Positions 1-9,500 of a stretch of DNA of 64,000 nt are shown piece after piece. Position numbers and translations under genes: made by a program. The first letter of the stretch is position 1. Each line of letters starts with the position of its first letter. The stretch covers positions 1 through 64,000 of the IMG/VR virus record IMGVR_UViG_2874444136_000005; one strand, written 5' to 3'. The DNA comes from a virus (Duplodnaviria; Caudoviricetes). Under the pieces are notes generated by a model. The model was not told the origin of the DNA. It saw only the letters and a list, made by a program, of their open reading frames with translations, and did not search any database.

Positions 1-348
1 TCACTCGGCGAAGCGGCTCGTATCATTATTCAGCATGTAGATAAACGAATCGACGGTTTCGCCGCCGGCGGTGGTGACGCTGACCACCACTCGTTCATAA
101 CCCTCACCTTCAAACGCATCGAGAGTCGGCCAGTGGTTGACGAGGTTAGCTGAACGGAACAGAAACCCGTTCACCCGATTGCCACTGTTATCCAGCACGA
201 TGCCCGGGTAGCCCATCTCGGCGCCCCAGCCTTCGTTAAGCAGCGAGCCGCCGACGCTGCCTTCTTCCCAGCTGCCGCCGATGGCTTCCATAATGTGCGC
301 GTTGGGCCTGCCCGGCCCCAGGGTGCCGTAAACGAATAAGCTTTGCAT
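1..348 (-). CDS. Host gamma-glutamylcyclotransferase (GGCT/AIG2/YtfP-like) family protein
   Basis: LFVYGTL N-terminal motif and LDAFEG catalytic-Glu motif; lies outside the att site. Confidence 0.8.
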   Translation of the reverse strand: MQSLFVYGTLGPGRPNAHIMEAIGGSWEEGSVGGSLLNEGWGAEMGYPGIVLDNSGNRVNGFLFRSANLVNHWPTLDAFEGEGYERVVVSVTTAGGETVDSFIYMLNNDTSRFAE

Positions 349-480
349 TTTTCTCTCTACTACTCACTGAAAGTTAACGCATGAACATAGCATGACGTTC
401 AGCGGCGAGCCAACGGGAGTACGGGTAGCGCAGTCGAGTTTTCAAGGGAACAAGTAGGGGGAAGAAAATCAAGGGAGTAA

Positions 481-525
481 TGGCACGCCCTATAGGATTC
501 GAACCTATGACCTACGGCTTAGAAG
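481..525 (-). other. Prophage att core: duplicated 3' half of tRNA-Arg(UCU)
   Basis: Minus strand reads CTTCTAA-GCCGT-AGGTC-ATAGG-TTCGAAT-CCTAT-AGGGCGTG-CCA (anticodon loop, T arm, 3' acceptor strand); no 5' half upstream. Confidence 0.85.
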
Positions 526-578
526 TTCCTAGAATCACCATTTAACACAGTGACTTACCGCATCAAACCGCGCTCACA

Positions 579-650
579 CGTCCCAAGATGCAAAAAGATG
601 GAAAACCATATCAACAGATGTGAAAACATCCATGTCCCAATTCTGTCCCA
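579..650. repeat. Putative integrase arm-type sites (three GTCCCA direct repeats)
   Basis: GTCCCA at 580, 634 and 645, just inside the att core. Confidence 0.45.
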
Positions 651-701
651 GAAGACTTCCGCCAGCAGTAGCCAAACTGCTAACGGAAGTTAATCTGATC
701 A

Positions 702-2912
702 TCAATACAAAATGGTTCCGTCGCTATCAGATGTAGGCGGAGTTCCTTTCTTGTATCTCTTATTACCCGTTCCTGATACCCATTCGTAGGTCTGCTGAGC
801 ACCGCCATCTATCTTGATCGGATGCTGCCAGTTTGCGCTGAACGTTATCGTCCCATTTGCCTCCAGAGCAACGCCATTGACGTTGTTAGGGTTGGTTATG
901 GTTATTCGTTTTGTTGCAACATCCAACTTAATAGATGCATTGGCTAAAGCAGTCCCCGCCCTTATTTCTGTTACCCCTGAACTACCCCAAAGCAAAACAT
1001 CAGCACTACTTGCACCAGCCGTCAGATAAGCAGGCATCGGGCCATTGTTAAACGCATGCGTCTTACTTGCTGCACCTGAAACTGAACCCCAGCGCACGGC
1101 TGCATCTTGATCTTGGACTATCTGCTGGCCATTCATTCGAATGGTGCTGTTTACGCCGCCAACACTGACAATGTTAATGCTGCCAAATTGATAATTTGAT
1201 GGAAAATCTGTCGCCCTGGCAGAGTTTGTAAATGCCTCTTCGGTCAGGAAGAAGTTTGTTTTCCGTCGGTCGGCCAAATCTATGGTGACAGAGTAAATTT
1301 CCGCCTGATCTACGTTTGAGCCCATGTTTGAGGATAGGCAAACGATGATCTTGGTTCCTCTAACACACACATCCTGTACACCTGTACCTGACGGGCCAGC
1401 ATCGCTGTACATAGCAGGAACAGCTGCAATCGGAACCTCGGTAAAGTTTTCCCACAGCATGTTTACCGCGTCATTATCAGTCCCTACCCGCATAGTTAGC
1501 ATTGGGCTATCTGTCAGCCCATTGGTGCTATTGCCGTTACGGTAGCGTCCACAGTAGAAGATGTACGTATTACCCTGATAGCTAATCAGTGATACCGGCG
1601 ATTGGTTAGGAACCCCGTCTACTTCTCGCGTTGTGAACGTCTGGCAATTGTCATCGCTGTACCACATCACAGCTTTTCGAACTGAGTTATTCTGAGTGCG
1701 CAAGAAACCAACTGCGCGAGAGCCATATACACGGATCGTTGGTTCAACGAGCATCGGAGTTCCGCCGATGTTCTCTTTCGAGAAAATGATATTTCTAGTC
1801 ACTACCAGGGTGACTGGGTCGATCGTGGCAATGCCCACTTCGGAATCATACATGTGATAGCCGAAAGCCAACTGGCCGTTAGGGAGAACGGCAAAGGAGT
1901 GCATCAAAACAGGTGCCCAGCCGTTAGAATCGTATAACGGAACTGGGTCTAAAACTGGAGTGTATACCGAACCATTGTTGACGCTCTTATACAGTACGCA
2001 TTTGGATTGCGACTCATCAGATACACGGCGGAATCGAGCTGCGCACCAAATATTAGTGCCGTCTGAACCAGCACCCCAAGCAGACACGCCTTGCGGCCAC
2101 GTTGTCAGATCTGTAGTAGATGCCGAGATTCTCGGCGCTAAACGCGTCCATGTAACGCCGTCCTGTGAAATCTGCTGGTAAACACTTAGCGGCGCGCTAC
2201 TGTGAGATGCGCCCACGTTGAACAGGCAATATGCCTGGTTATTGTGGCTAAATACCTTCCCCTGCGGCCACGCCGAGTACATCCCGTTGCTGGTCGTTTG
2301 CGAGATCTTCACGCTTGAAATTGTATCGAGAATAGCCGCTACCGTGGTCTTTTTGTATCCAACCATAGCCGCGCCCTTGAATGGGTCGCTTTTGTTTGCC
2401 AGGTCGATGGCCAGTTCCGTGCCACTGCCAGTTTGAGGAAGGACGCCAATGGGATTACCAAGGCTGTCAAACCCAAGAACCTTATTGGCTCTCGACGCCG
2501 CCGGTGGCAACACTGGGATGAATGGCTCTGGAACTCGCAGCGTTCTGCCGAATATAGAGTTATCTCCGCTGCTACCTTCGGTGTATCTCGTCGCATCTGG
2601 AATGTAAAATTGTTGCACGCCGAAGGTGTCATAAACGGCGATCGCATGGCGCTCTGTTACAACAAACTTGGCGATCTGATCATTGTTTACCAGGAATCCG
2701 CCAGCATTCAGCTTTAACGGCTGAGCAGCTGGGACAAACGAGCCGTCTTCGTTTTCCAGGAACACGGGGATCTGGTTTTCTGGGATGGTCGGATCGGTGT
2801 CAACCTTCCCCAGATACACTTTACCGTTTGCAACCGCAGCAAACTTTCGAGCTGCAGTAAATGGGGTATACGGCAGCGCGACTACTGCAGTTGGGATAAC
2901 GGGATTAGCCAT
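702..2912 (-). CDS. Tailspike: P22-type head-binding domain plus endosialidase (GH58)-like beta-propeller
   Basis: N-terminus PYTPFTAARKFAAVANGKVYLGKVDTDPT resembles the P22 gp9 head-binding domain; AWPQGKVF, Asp-box-like SQDGVTW/SDDNCQTF, EPTIRVY and GTGVQDV resemble endoN motifs. Confidence 0.85.
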   Translation of the reverse strand: MANPVIPTAVVALPYTPFTAARKFAAVANGKVYLGKVDTDPTIPENQIPVFLENEDGSFVPAAQPLKLNAGGFLVNNDQIAKFVVTERHAIAVYDTFGVQQFYIPDATRYTEGSSGDNSIFGRTLRVPEPFIPVLPPAASRANKVLGFDSLGNPIGVLPQTGSGTELAIDLANKSDPFKGAAMVGYKKTTVAAILDTISSVKISQTTSNGMYSAWPQGKVFSHNNQAYCLFNVGASHSSAPLSVYQQISQDGVTWTRLAPRISASTTDLTTWPQGVSAWGAGSDGTNIWCAARFRRVSDESQSKCVLYKSVNNGSVYTPVLDPVPLYDSNGWAPVLMHSFAVLPNGQLAFGYHMYDSEVGIATIDPVTLVVTRNIIFSKENIGGTPMLVEPTIRVYGSRAVGFLRTQNNSVRKAVMWYSDDNCQTFTTREVDGVPNQSPVSLISYQGNTYIFYCGRYRNGNSTNGLTDSPMLTMRVGTDNDAVNMLWENFTEVPIAAVPAMYSDAGPSGTGVQDVCVRGTKIIVCLSSNMGSNVDQAEIYSVTIDLADRRKTNFFLTEEAFTNSARATDFPSNYQFGSINIVSVGGVNSTIRMNGQQIVQDQDAAVRWGSVSGAASKTHAFNNGPMPAYLTAGASSADVLLWGSSGVTEIRAGTALANASIKLDVATKRITITNPNNVNGVALEANGTITFSANWQHPIKIDGGAQQTYEWVSGTGNKRYKKGTPPTSDSDGTILY

Positions 2913-3055
2913 TTATTTTCTCCAGGCGTGAGTAATCCCCACAAGGCAAGGCTTGCGGTAGTTTGGTTGTGTGAGTCTCAGCACCAAAGTGGTACTATTG
3001 ATGGTCTTGGGCTATACCAATACGATCCCGTTCCGCCCACCGGATAGGGGTTCGC

Positions 3056-3307
3056 ATGGAGAAGTTAGAAAGGCAGTTTCATCTGAGGCTGCCAAAAGAA
3101 ATACACAGCAAGATAAAGCAGAGAGCAAAATCTAATTGCCGATCGCTAAATGCAGAAATCGTGCTGATAATCGAGAGAGAACTAGCGAAACCAGCCAAGA
3201 TAAAGGGGTTTCGCGATGATGCAGAACGCTTGGCGCATGAGCACGCCGAGCAGTTCAAAAGGGTTGTGGTCGAAACGTTAACCACGATTTATCGAAAAGA
3301 CGAATAA
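3056..3307 (+). CDS. Arc/Mnt-like ribbon-helix-helix repressor
   Basis: QFHLRLP...RSLNAEIV motif; P22 immI position. Confidence 0.85.
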   Translation: MEKLERQFHLRLPKEIHSKIKQRAKSNCRSLNAEIVLIIERELAKPAKIKGFRDDAERLAHEHAEQFKRVVVETLTTIYRKDE

Positions 3308-3344
3308 CCCCCATGCTATTCTTAGTGAAAAACAGGAGGATTAC

Positions 3345-3809
3345 GTGAGCGATCAGCAACAAAATTTAATCTACAAAGATATAAAAAGAGTTTTGAAATG
3401 GATTGCTTTTTCAATAATAGCTATTTTTATTCTTTCGTTGGGTTGGCTCACCATTGATGTTGTGAAAAATAATTTCGACAAGCAGTCAAGAGAGGCGGAA
3501 ATATTTGACAAGGCGATCCCATTTGCATCATCACACACCCCATGGATTTACACTAGAGATGACTTTGGAAAAGAGAGCAAGTTAAGCCTATGGTTTATCG
3601 GGGATACTGACCAGCATGCGATCATAAAAGTTGGCGAAGATTACTCAGTATACTCCACAACTACTGACATGCACGGAAGTATAAATTTCCATCATGTTGC
3701 TGGAGAAATATGTAGCTATGCATCTGCTTACTTGAATGATGGGATGGTTGCCGGAGTTCAATGTGAAAACAAATCATATTCCGGGGGGCCGTGGAACAAG
3801 TTCAGATAA
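3345..3809 (+). CDS. Single-TM hypothetical protein (moron; candidate superinfection exclusion)
   Basis: AGGAGG RBS plus GTG start; hydrophobic WIAFSIIAIFILSLGWLTI; AT-rich; antisense to virion genes. Confidence 0.6.
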   Translation: MSDQQQNLIYKDIKRVLKWIAFSIIAIFILSLGWLTIDVVKNNFDKQSREAEIFDKAIPFASSHTPWIYTRDDFGKESKLSLWFIGDTDQHAIIKVGEDYSVYSTTTDMHGSINFHHVAGEICSYASAYLNDGMVAGVQCENKSYSGGPWNKFR

Positions 3810-3830
3810 ATCATTCATGGCTCCTTAGTA

Positions 3831-5909
3831 CTACTGTTGAGTCGCTTGGTTAGATAACAATGGCCTAACAGCCACTGCCGCCTGGTTTAAAGCTTTTTCA
3901 TATGCAGGAGTTCCTGCCTTAGTGGCAGCCAGGCGCAATAACATATTGCGCACTGGCTTGCTCTCATAAACCCTGGTCATTAGGCCATAACCCGCTTCTG
4001 CGGCCAGCGATGATCCCATCGATGGAAGTGCAGCACCTATCCTGATTGGATTTGCCAGTGACTGCCCTGTTTGCGTAACTACATTAGCCGCGTCTGCGCG
4101 AGATGTAGCCCGCAAAACATCGTGAAGAGCATCAAGCTCTTTCATATGCCTTCCGCTGAAAATTGTGCCGTATATTTCGCCGCCAGACTGAGACTTCAGC
4201 TTATTAACCTCCGTGATAAATTTCGCCGGAGAATAACCTACCTTCTCAGAAATCTTGCTGATATATGCAGCACGCATAGCGTCTTTGCCCTTCTGGTCAA
4301 GAGCTCCCCATATACGCTGAATATCTGACGGCTTGCGACTATAGACAACAGAGTTTATCAGCTCAGGAGTGGCATCCCTGCTGGCCTGGTTCAGGGTGTT
4401 GGCAATCCGTTTATTAAGCACCTTATTAAATACATTGGCATAGTCGGAGTTGGCTTTCACGTATGAAACCGCATCCTGCGCACCGAGTGAATTACCAACG
4501 GCTTTGCGTAGATCGCGACTCATTGCATTTTCTACCATATTGGTAGCTGCTTTAGCTTGGTTTGGGAAGACCATTGCATCGCCTTGGACGTTTGATCTAA
4601 ATGCTGTCCGATGCTGCCTTAGTAAGTCAAAATCAACGTTACCGCCTTCTACTTCCCCTCTTAGGTTTTTCAGAGAGTTAAGTAGCCCTTGATTTGCAGA
4701 AGTCCCCAGCCTCTCCTGACGAGCAATGGCCGTGTTCAGCGCATTGATGGTATTGGTGGTATCAACTGGAGCGCTACCCATCTTCTGCGTGATGTTATCT
4801 ATCGCCGAACCTGCAGCATCCTTCCTACTGCGTAGGGTTGAAGTAAGCGAGTTAACAACATCATCAGGGTTATACTCGCCGAATCGGTCAAGGTAGTTCC
4901 TGACGAGATTGCTACGGCTGGCATACTGCTGAGCCCTTTGTGACCCAGTTCCGAGCAAAGCGCCCTCTCCGCCCTGGACAAGCCCTTTACCTAACGCCCC
5001 CATCTCCCCAACAGGCCTTGCCACATCGGAAGTCATAGGGGTTACCCCCATACTCTCGGCGCTATCGATGATCTGCCTTGCATCCGGAGCAATCTCGCCT
5101 CTAACGGCGGTAATTCCTCGGCCAATACCCTTCGCTGCCGCAGACAATAAGCCTTGCGCGCCAAGGTTAACTGCTGCATTGGTAGCAGCATTTTGAGCAA
5201 AATCGCCATCTTGGTTTCCTGCTTCTGCTAGCGATCCAAGTGCCATGTTGCCCGCCATCCCCAGCCCAGGTGTTAGATAGCCACCAATAGCCTCACCGGC
5301 TTGCGCATATGGGTCTGTAGGACGGTCTACAGGCCGGTAAACATCATCAAGAACCTTAGGCCCTCCTAGCCCTTGGCTGATAGCGTTAATTAGGCTTGCG
5401 CCACCCTGCAGAACGTCGAATGGGATATTTACCAAGCCACGCGCCGCTTGCTCTGCATTATCCATCATGGATGGTCCGCGCTGTATTGTCTTGGCATTAT
5501 TGCGCTTAGGATAACCTACAGGCGGCGTATCTGAGCCATCAAATTGATCGAAGAAATTACTACTAGCTTGCTGTTCTTTGGGTAGGTACTCCTGAGCTTG
5601 CTGCTCATGCAAGCTCTCAGCATATGCCGTAGCAGCTTCTGGAGAGCTAAACATCCCAAGATGCTTTCCTGTTCTCATGAAATTATCGATAGCTTCATCA
5701 TCTGTCATGATTCTGCCATCATCGCTGACAGTGGGGATCAATACCTCTCTTCCATCGATATTTGTAGACATGCTACGCACTGTGCTTATGCTGCCGTCTG
5801 GATTATTTACTATTGGCCGATGGTGAATATCGATATTCCCTGGCTCAATCATTCCATTCACATTTTTAGCACTTGTATCGCTATCAAATTGGTCAAAAAA
5901 GTTAGCCAT
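3831..5909 (-). CDS. DNA ejection protein (gp16-like)
   Basis: Third ejection gene position; 692 aa Ala/Gly/Gln-rich; [15 protein letters not shown]-terminal motif. Confidence 0.75.
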   Translation of the reverse strand: MANFFDQFDSDTSAKNVNGMIEPGNIDIHHRPIVNNPDGSISTVRSMSTNIDGREVLIPTVSDDGRIMTDDEAIDNFMRTGKHLGMFSSPEAATAYAESLHEQQAQEYLPKEQQASSNFFDQFDGSDTPPVGYPKRNNAKTIQRGPSMMDNAEQAARGLVNIPFDVLQGGASLINAISQGLGGPKVLDDVYRPVDRPTDPYAQAGEAIGGYLTPGLGMAGNMALGSLAEAGNQDGDFAQNAATNAAVNLGAQGLLSAAAKGIGRGITAVRGEIAPDARQIIDSAESMGVTPMTSDVARPVGEMGALGKGLVQGGEGALLGTGSQRAQQYASRSNLVRNYLDRFGEYNPDDVVNSLTSTLRSRKDAAGSAIDNITQKMGSAPVDTTNTINALNTAIARQERLGTSANQGLLNSLKNLRGEVEGGNVDFDLLRQHRTAFRSNVQGDAMVFPNQAKAATNMVENAMSRDLRKAVGNSLGAQDAVSYVKANSDYANVFNKVLNKRIANTLNQASRDATPELINSVVYSRKPSDIQRIWGALDQKGKDAMRAAYISKISEKVGYSPAKFITEVNKLKSQSGGEIYGTIFSGRHMKELDALHDVLRATSRADAANVVTQTGQSLANPIRIGAALPSMGSSLAAEAGYGLMTRVYESKPVRNMLLRLAATKAGTPAYEKALNQAAVAVRPLLSNQATQQ

Positions 5910-5918
5910 ATTTGCCCC

Positions 5919-7415
5919 TTACGGCAGATATCCATACTTTGCTTTAAACTGTTCGGCAAGTTGTGGGTTTGATTTAAGAGCCTGAATAGCAGCGGCTGGA
6001 GCCTGAGATTTAGCCTTACCTGACGGCTGTTGTTTGCCACCAACATTTACTTGATATTGCTGGTTGTAGTTGTCCGTATATTCTTGGATATCTCGCAAAG
6101 ACTGTTGCATAGATGCAGGGCTTGAGTAGTCAACCTGTGGCATGCCCTGGAAGTACATTTTCGCCTCTGCGACGGTATTAATCCCACTCGCCCCCATGTC
6201 TCTTGCCGCCGCTACGCCTTGGTTCTGCATGCGCCCCTGAATCCGTCTTGATGCATTATAAAGTTGTCGCTGATCTTTATTCCCTGGAAGCCTGCTCCTT
6301 AATTCTGCATCAACAGATGGAGTTCCTGCTCCGCCAGTAACGCCAGTCATGAAGTCAAGCTGACTAGAATCTGCATTAGCGATCGCATCAATATCCTTAC
6401 GCATCGCGTAGTTTTGCGCGTTTGCTGCAGATGTTGGGGGGGCAGAGATGGAGCTGGCAGGTACTCGAACCATATTACCGTTATCATCCTTGCCTTCATA
6501 GAAAGCATTGGCGCCTTGGCCGTGCAACTTCCCTGACACAGTTACGGTTCTGCCATCCGATAACTGGACTGTGTTGTCAGCATCACCACCCGGCCGCCCC
6601 CTGACTCGCAGATATGTTTGCTGCTGCTCAGGGGAAAGGCTGTTGAAGTACTGATATTCTCTAACGCTGGCTGGAACTGCGCCGCCGGCGCTGCGCATTG
6701 AGTTCTGCGCGCTAATATCCTGACCGCGCATCGTGATGTTCTGACCACGAATCGTATTGGCTTCGCTCGCCTGGTTACTGCGAATGCTTTCATCCAGACG
6801 CCCCTGTTCCAGTCTGCGCCCCTGCTGCTTATCTAGCACGTCGAAATACTTATCATGCCCAAGGGAAAATAGAGCCAGATTTCCGGCGAAATCAGAGAAG
6901 CCTTTCGGATCTTGCCGCTGCATAGCGGCCACATCTACCGGATTTAAGCCAACTCGCTTCATATCATCCGCATTATCTACGAGATATTTACCGAACGCTG
7001 CTTGTCCTTGTGATGATGCCAATTGCGCGCGAGTGGCCAGATTTCCGATGGTGTTACGCTGGTCATCGTCGATGAATCCCATGCCATTGCGCACAGCCTC
7101 AAACTGATCAGGGAATTGCACTGCCAGGTCGCGCATTGCATTACGATCACCAGATTTGAAAGCATTGGCATATTGCTGCTGAAACTCCTGCTGGCGTTGC
7201 TTTTGTTGCTGCTGGTTGTAGATGTCAGCGACGCCTGCCAGCCCGCGCAGACCAGTAAGAGCAATGTTGTTTGCACCAGAGCGGGCGATGTCATTGTTGT
7301 CGCGGATCAGGCCTAGCGTGGTGTTAATGTCGCTGGCTTGCGGTGCGTTAACGTTCTGGCCGCCAATCCCAGCCAAAAATCCACCTGAGTTAATTCCCTG
7401 TTGCCAAGTAGCCAT
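5919..7415 (-). CDS. DNA ejection protein (gp20-like)
   Basis: [18 protein letters not shown] start typical of P22 gp20; RGQNI/RGQDI repeats. Confidence 0.85.
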   Translation of the reverse strand: MATWQQGINSGGFLAGIGGQNVNAPQASDINTTLGLIRDNNDIARSGANNIALTGLRGLAGVADIYNQQQQKQRQQEFQQQYANAFKSGDRNAMRDLAVQFPDQFEAVRNGMGFIDDDQRNTIGNLATRAQLASSQGQAAFGKYLVDNADDMKRVGLNPVDVAAMQRQDPKGFSDFAGNLALFSLGHDKYFDVLDKQQGRRLEQGRLDESIRSNQASEANTIRGQNITMRGQDISAQNSMRSAGGAVPASVREYQYFNSLSPEQQQTYLRVRGRPGGDADNTVQLSDGRTVTVSGKLHGQGANAFYEGKDDNGNMVRVPASSISAPPTSAANAQNYAMRKDIDAIANADSSQLDFMTGVTGGAGTPSVDAELRSRLPGNKDQRQLYNASRRIQGRMQNQGVAAARDMGASGINTVAEAKMYFQGMPQVDYSSPASMQQSLRDIQEYTDNYNQQYQVNVGGKQQPSGKAKSQAPAAAIQALKSNPQLAEQFKAKYGYLP

Positions 7416-7424
7416 GATTTATCC

Positions 7425-8123
7425 TCAGAACAATGAGCCAAGCAACCCAAGGCCAGCACCAATACCTGCCCCCCACGGCGTGGAAGTTCCAAGCAGACTT
7501 GCAATGCCGCCACCCAGAAGTGCACCAGATGCCCCGCCGCTAATTCCCTGCTGGAGAGAGGACGGCCTATTGCCAGCGGCAGCAGCTAAGCCAGCACCCT
7601 GCATCGATAGCTGACCGGCATTGTTAGCGAAGTTTGCGCCGGCGTTTGCTTGCCCTTGCAGTGCGCCAAGGCCAATGTTTGCCAGGTTCTGATAGTTATT
7701 CATCTGGCCTGAAAGCCAGTTTTGCCCCAGCGTAGGAGCAATTGTCGCCAATCCGTTGCTGGTAGCGGTGCTACCAAGGCCGCCGGTTGCTTCTGCTGAC
7801 GCCAGTTGCTGATATCGAGCCTGATTTGCGAGGTCTTTATATTGACCTGAGTTGTAATAATCGTTCAGGGCTGATTGCTGGCCGCCCAGAGTGGAGAGAT
7901 TTTGCAGCTGGCCGATGTATTGCTGCGCCAGCGGAGTGAATGGCGCGAGGTTTCCCATGATGCGCTCAAACTGCTGGTTTTGCAGATCTGCAGCGTATTT
8001 CGTTGCATCTGCCGCAGCGCCAGCGCCACCATCCCCGCCACCGCCTCCTTTACCACCTTTTTCAGCGCGCACGGGCTCTTCCCGCAACATGTATTTGCGG
8101 TTAAATGTCATTGCAAAATGCAT
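7425..8123 (-). CDS. DNA ejection protein (gp7-like)
   Basis: EKGGKGGGG processing-site motif and Gly-rich C-terminus ending LGLLGSLF. Confidence 0.85.
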   Translation of the reverse strand: MHFAMTFNRKYMLREEPVRAEKGGKGGGGGDGGAGAAADATKYAADLQNQQFERIMGNLAPFTPLAQQYIGQLQNLSTLGGQQSALNDYYNSGQYKDLANQARYQQLASAEATGGLGSTATSNGLATIAPTLGQNWLSGQMNNYQNLANIGLGALQGQANAGANFANNAGQLSMQGAGLAAAAGNRPSSLQQGISGGASGALLGGGIASLLGTSTPWGAGIGAGLGLLGSLF

Positions 8124-8133
8124 AGCGTGATTC

Positions 8134-8592
8134 CTATTTGGAGTGCTGTTCCAGGAACTCCGTCAGCTCTTCGCGAGTAGCGGAATAGAAAGTGACGTCA
8201 TCAACGCCTTTGAAGTATTTCTTGATGGTGCCGACACGCTTGAGGCCGAGCATCGTGCAGTAAATCTGACCGTGTCTGAATTTGCGCGCGGCAAACGAGG
8301 TGACGCATTGCACGTTGAAGTTAGCCAGTATGAATCGCCAGAAGGCTAACCCGATTTTTTGGCTGAACCCGCGCACCTCTTTCAGGTACATTGCGTGGCA
8401 GTCGAATGTCAGCGGCTGAATTTCGTGAAAGTAGATGATGCCGCCGAACTGGCCATGAACATGCACCTCGAAATAACGATGTCCGGGCTGATAATCGAAC
8501 CCGTCACCGTTATTACTACCGGCGATGATGTCGGGATGGTTTCCCACGGCCTCAATCACGTCGATGTTTCGCGTTGGTTTGAATTCAATCAT
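8134..8592 (-). CDS. Head assembly protein (gp14-like)
   Basis: MIEFKPTRNIDVIEAVGNHPDIIAGSNNGDG; synteny. Confidence 0.85.
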   Translation of the reverse strand: MIEFKPTRNIDVIEAVGNHPDIIAGSNNGDGFDYQPGHRYFEVHVHGQFGGIIYFHEIQPLTFDCHAMYLKEVRGFSQKIGLAFWRFILANFNVQCVTSFAARKFRHGQIYCTMLGLKRVGTIKKYFKGVDDVTFYSATREELTEFLEQHSK

Positions 8593-9500
8593 CAGTTAAT
8601 CAACCCATGTGCTCTCAGGTCATCTTCAAGCGCTTTTATACGCTGGCGAGCCTGAGTGAGTGAGTCTGCGATTTGCTGGATTTGCAGGACGTTCAAAACG
8701 CCTATCGTCCATGCCTGGTTGGCGTCGAATGTACCGCGATAAGCCGTGCCGGTTGCCGTCGTCCATCCTGTTCGCTGCGCGCCGACAACCTGAATACCTG
8801 CCACTTTGTAAGAAACTGCGTTCACACTTCCGCCGACTTGCAACTTATCAGTGGTTGGTGTTGCGACGTTGCCTACGAGGAACGAACCGCCGGACGCTTG
8901 CACTGACTGGCTGGTTGAGACGGCTTTGGAAACATAGTTGGTTTCAATAGTCGAAACCTTGCCCTGCAGAGTAGTTATATTCCCCTCTGCAGTCGTAACT
9001 CGGGTGGTAAGTGATGCAACATTGGTCTGCAGTGATGTGATGTTGTTCTCTGCTGTCACCATGCGAACGGTTAGGCCGGAGATGTTTGTCGTGTTCTGCG
9101 TTATTCTCGTTTCATGATCGGCAAGCTCGGCTTCGTTCGCCGTTATCCTTGACTCATGGTTTACAAGAGTTGCCTCAGCGGCCGCAATGCGAATTTCATG
9201 ATTGACGAGTTTCGCTTCTGCTGCAGTGATTCGCTGTTCATGGTCAACCAGCTTCTCCTCTGCAGCAGTAATGCGAACTTCGTGATCTTCCAGCATCGCA
9301 TCCTGCTCATCATTCTTTTTCTGGGCATCATAAGCTCCCTGCCCAGCCTCATTGGCCTTATTGGCAACAAGGCCGAAGTCCATGCCCTGCTGAATTACAT
9401 ATAGCAGGTAGGGTTGAGAGAATATGTTGCGTGGAAGTAGAGTTGCGTCGATGCGTGTAGCCTGGATGACTACCGGGTTTTTTAGGTTCTCGTCAGCCAT
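8592..9500 (-). CDS. Tail needle (gp26-like), 302 aa
   Basis: MADENLKNPVVIQATRIDATLLPRNIFSQPYLLYV N-terminus; long coiled coil; C-terminus DLRAHGLIN. Confidence 0.9.
   Translation of the reverse strand: MADENLKNPVVIQATRIDATLLPRNIFSQPYLLYVIQQGMDFGLVANKANEAGQGAYDAQKKNDEQDAMLEDHEVRITAAEEKLVDHEQRITAAEAKLVNHEIRIAAAEATLVNHESRITANEAELADHETRITQNTTNISGLTVRMVTAENNITSLQTNVASLTTRVTTAEGNITTLQGKVSTIETNYVSKAVSTSQSVQASGGSFLVGNVATPTTDKLQVGGSVNAVSYKVAGIQVVGAQRTGWTTATGTAYRGTFDANQAWTIGVLNVLQIQQIADSLTQARQRIKALEDDLRAHGLIN

Noticed and set aside
481-560. Complete tRNA-Arg gene
   Set aside because: D arm and 5' acceptor strand are missing; it is the att duplication
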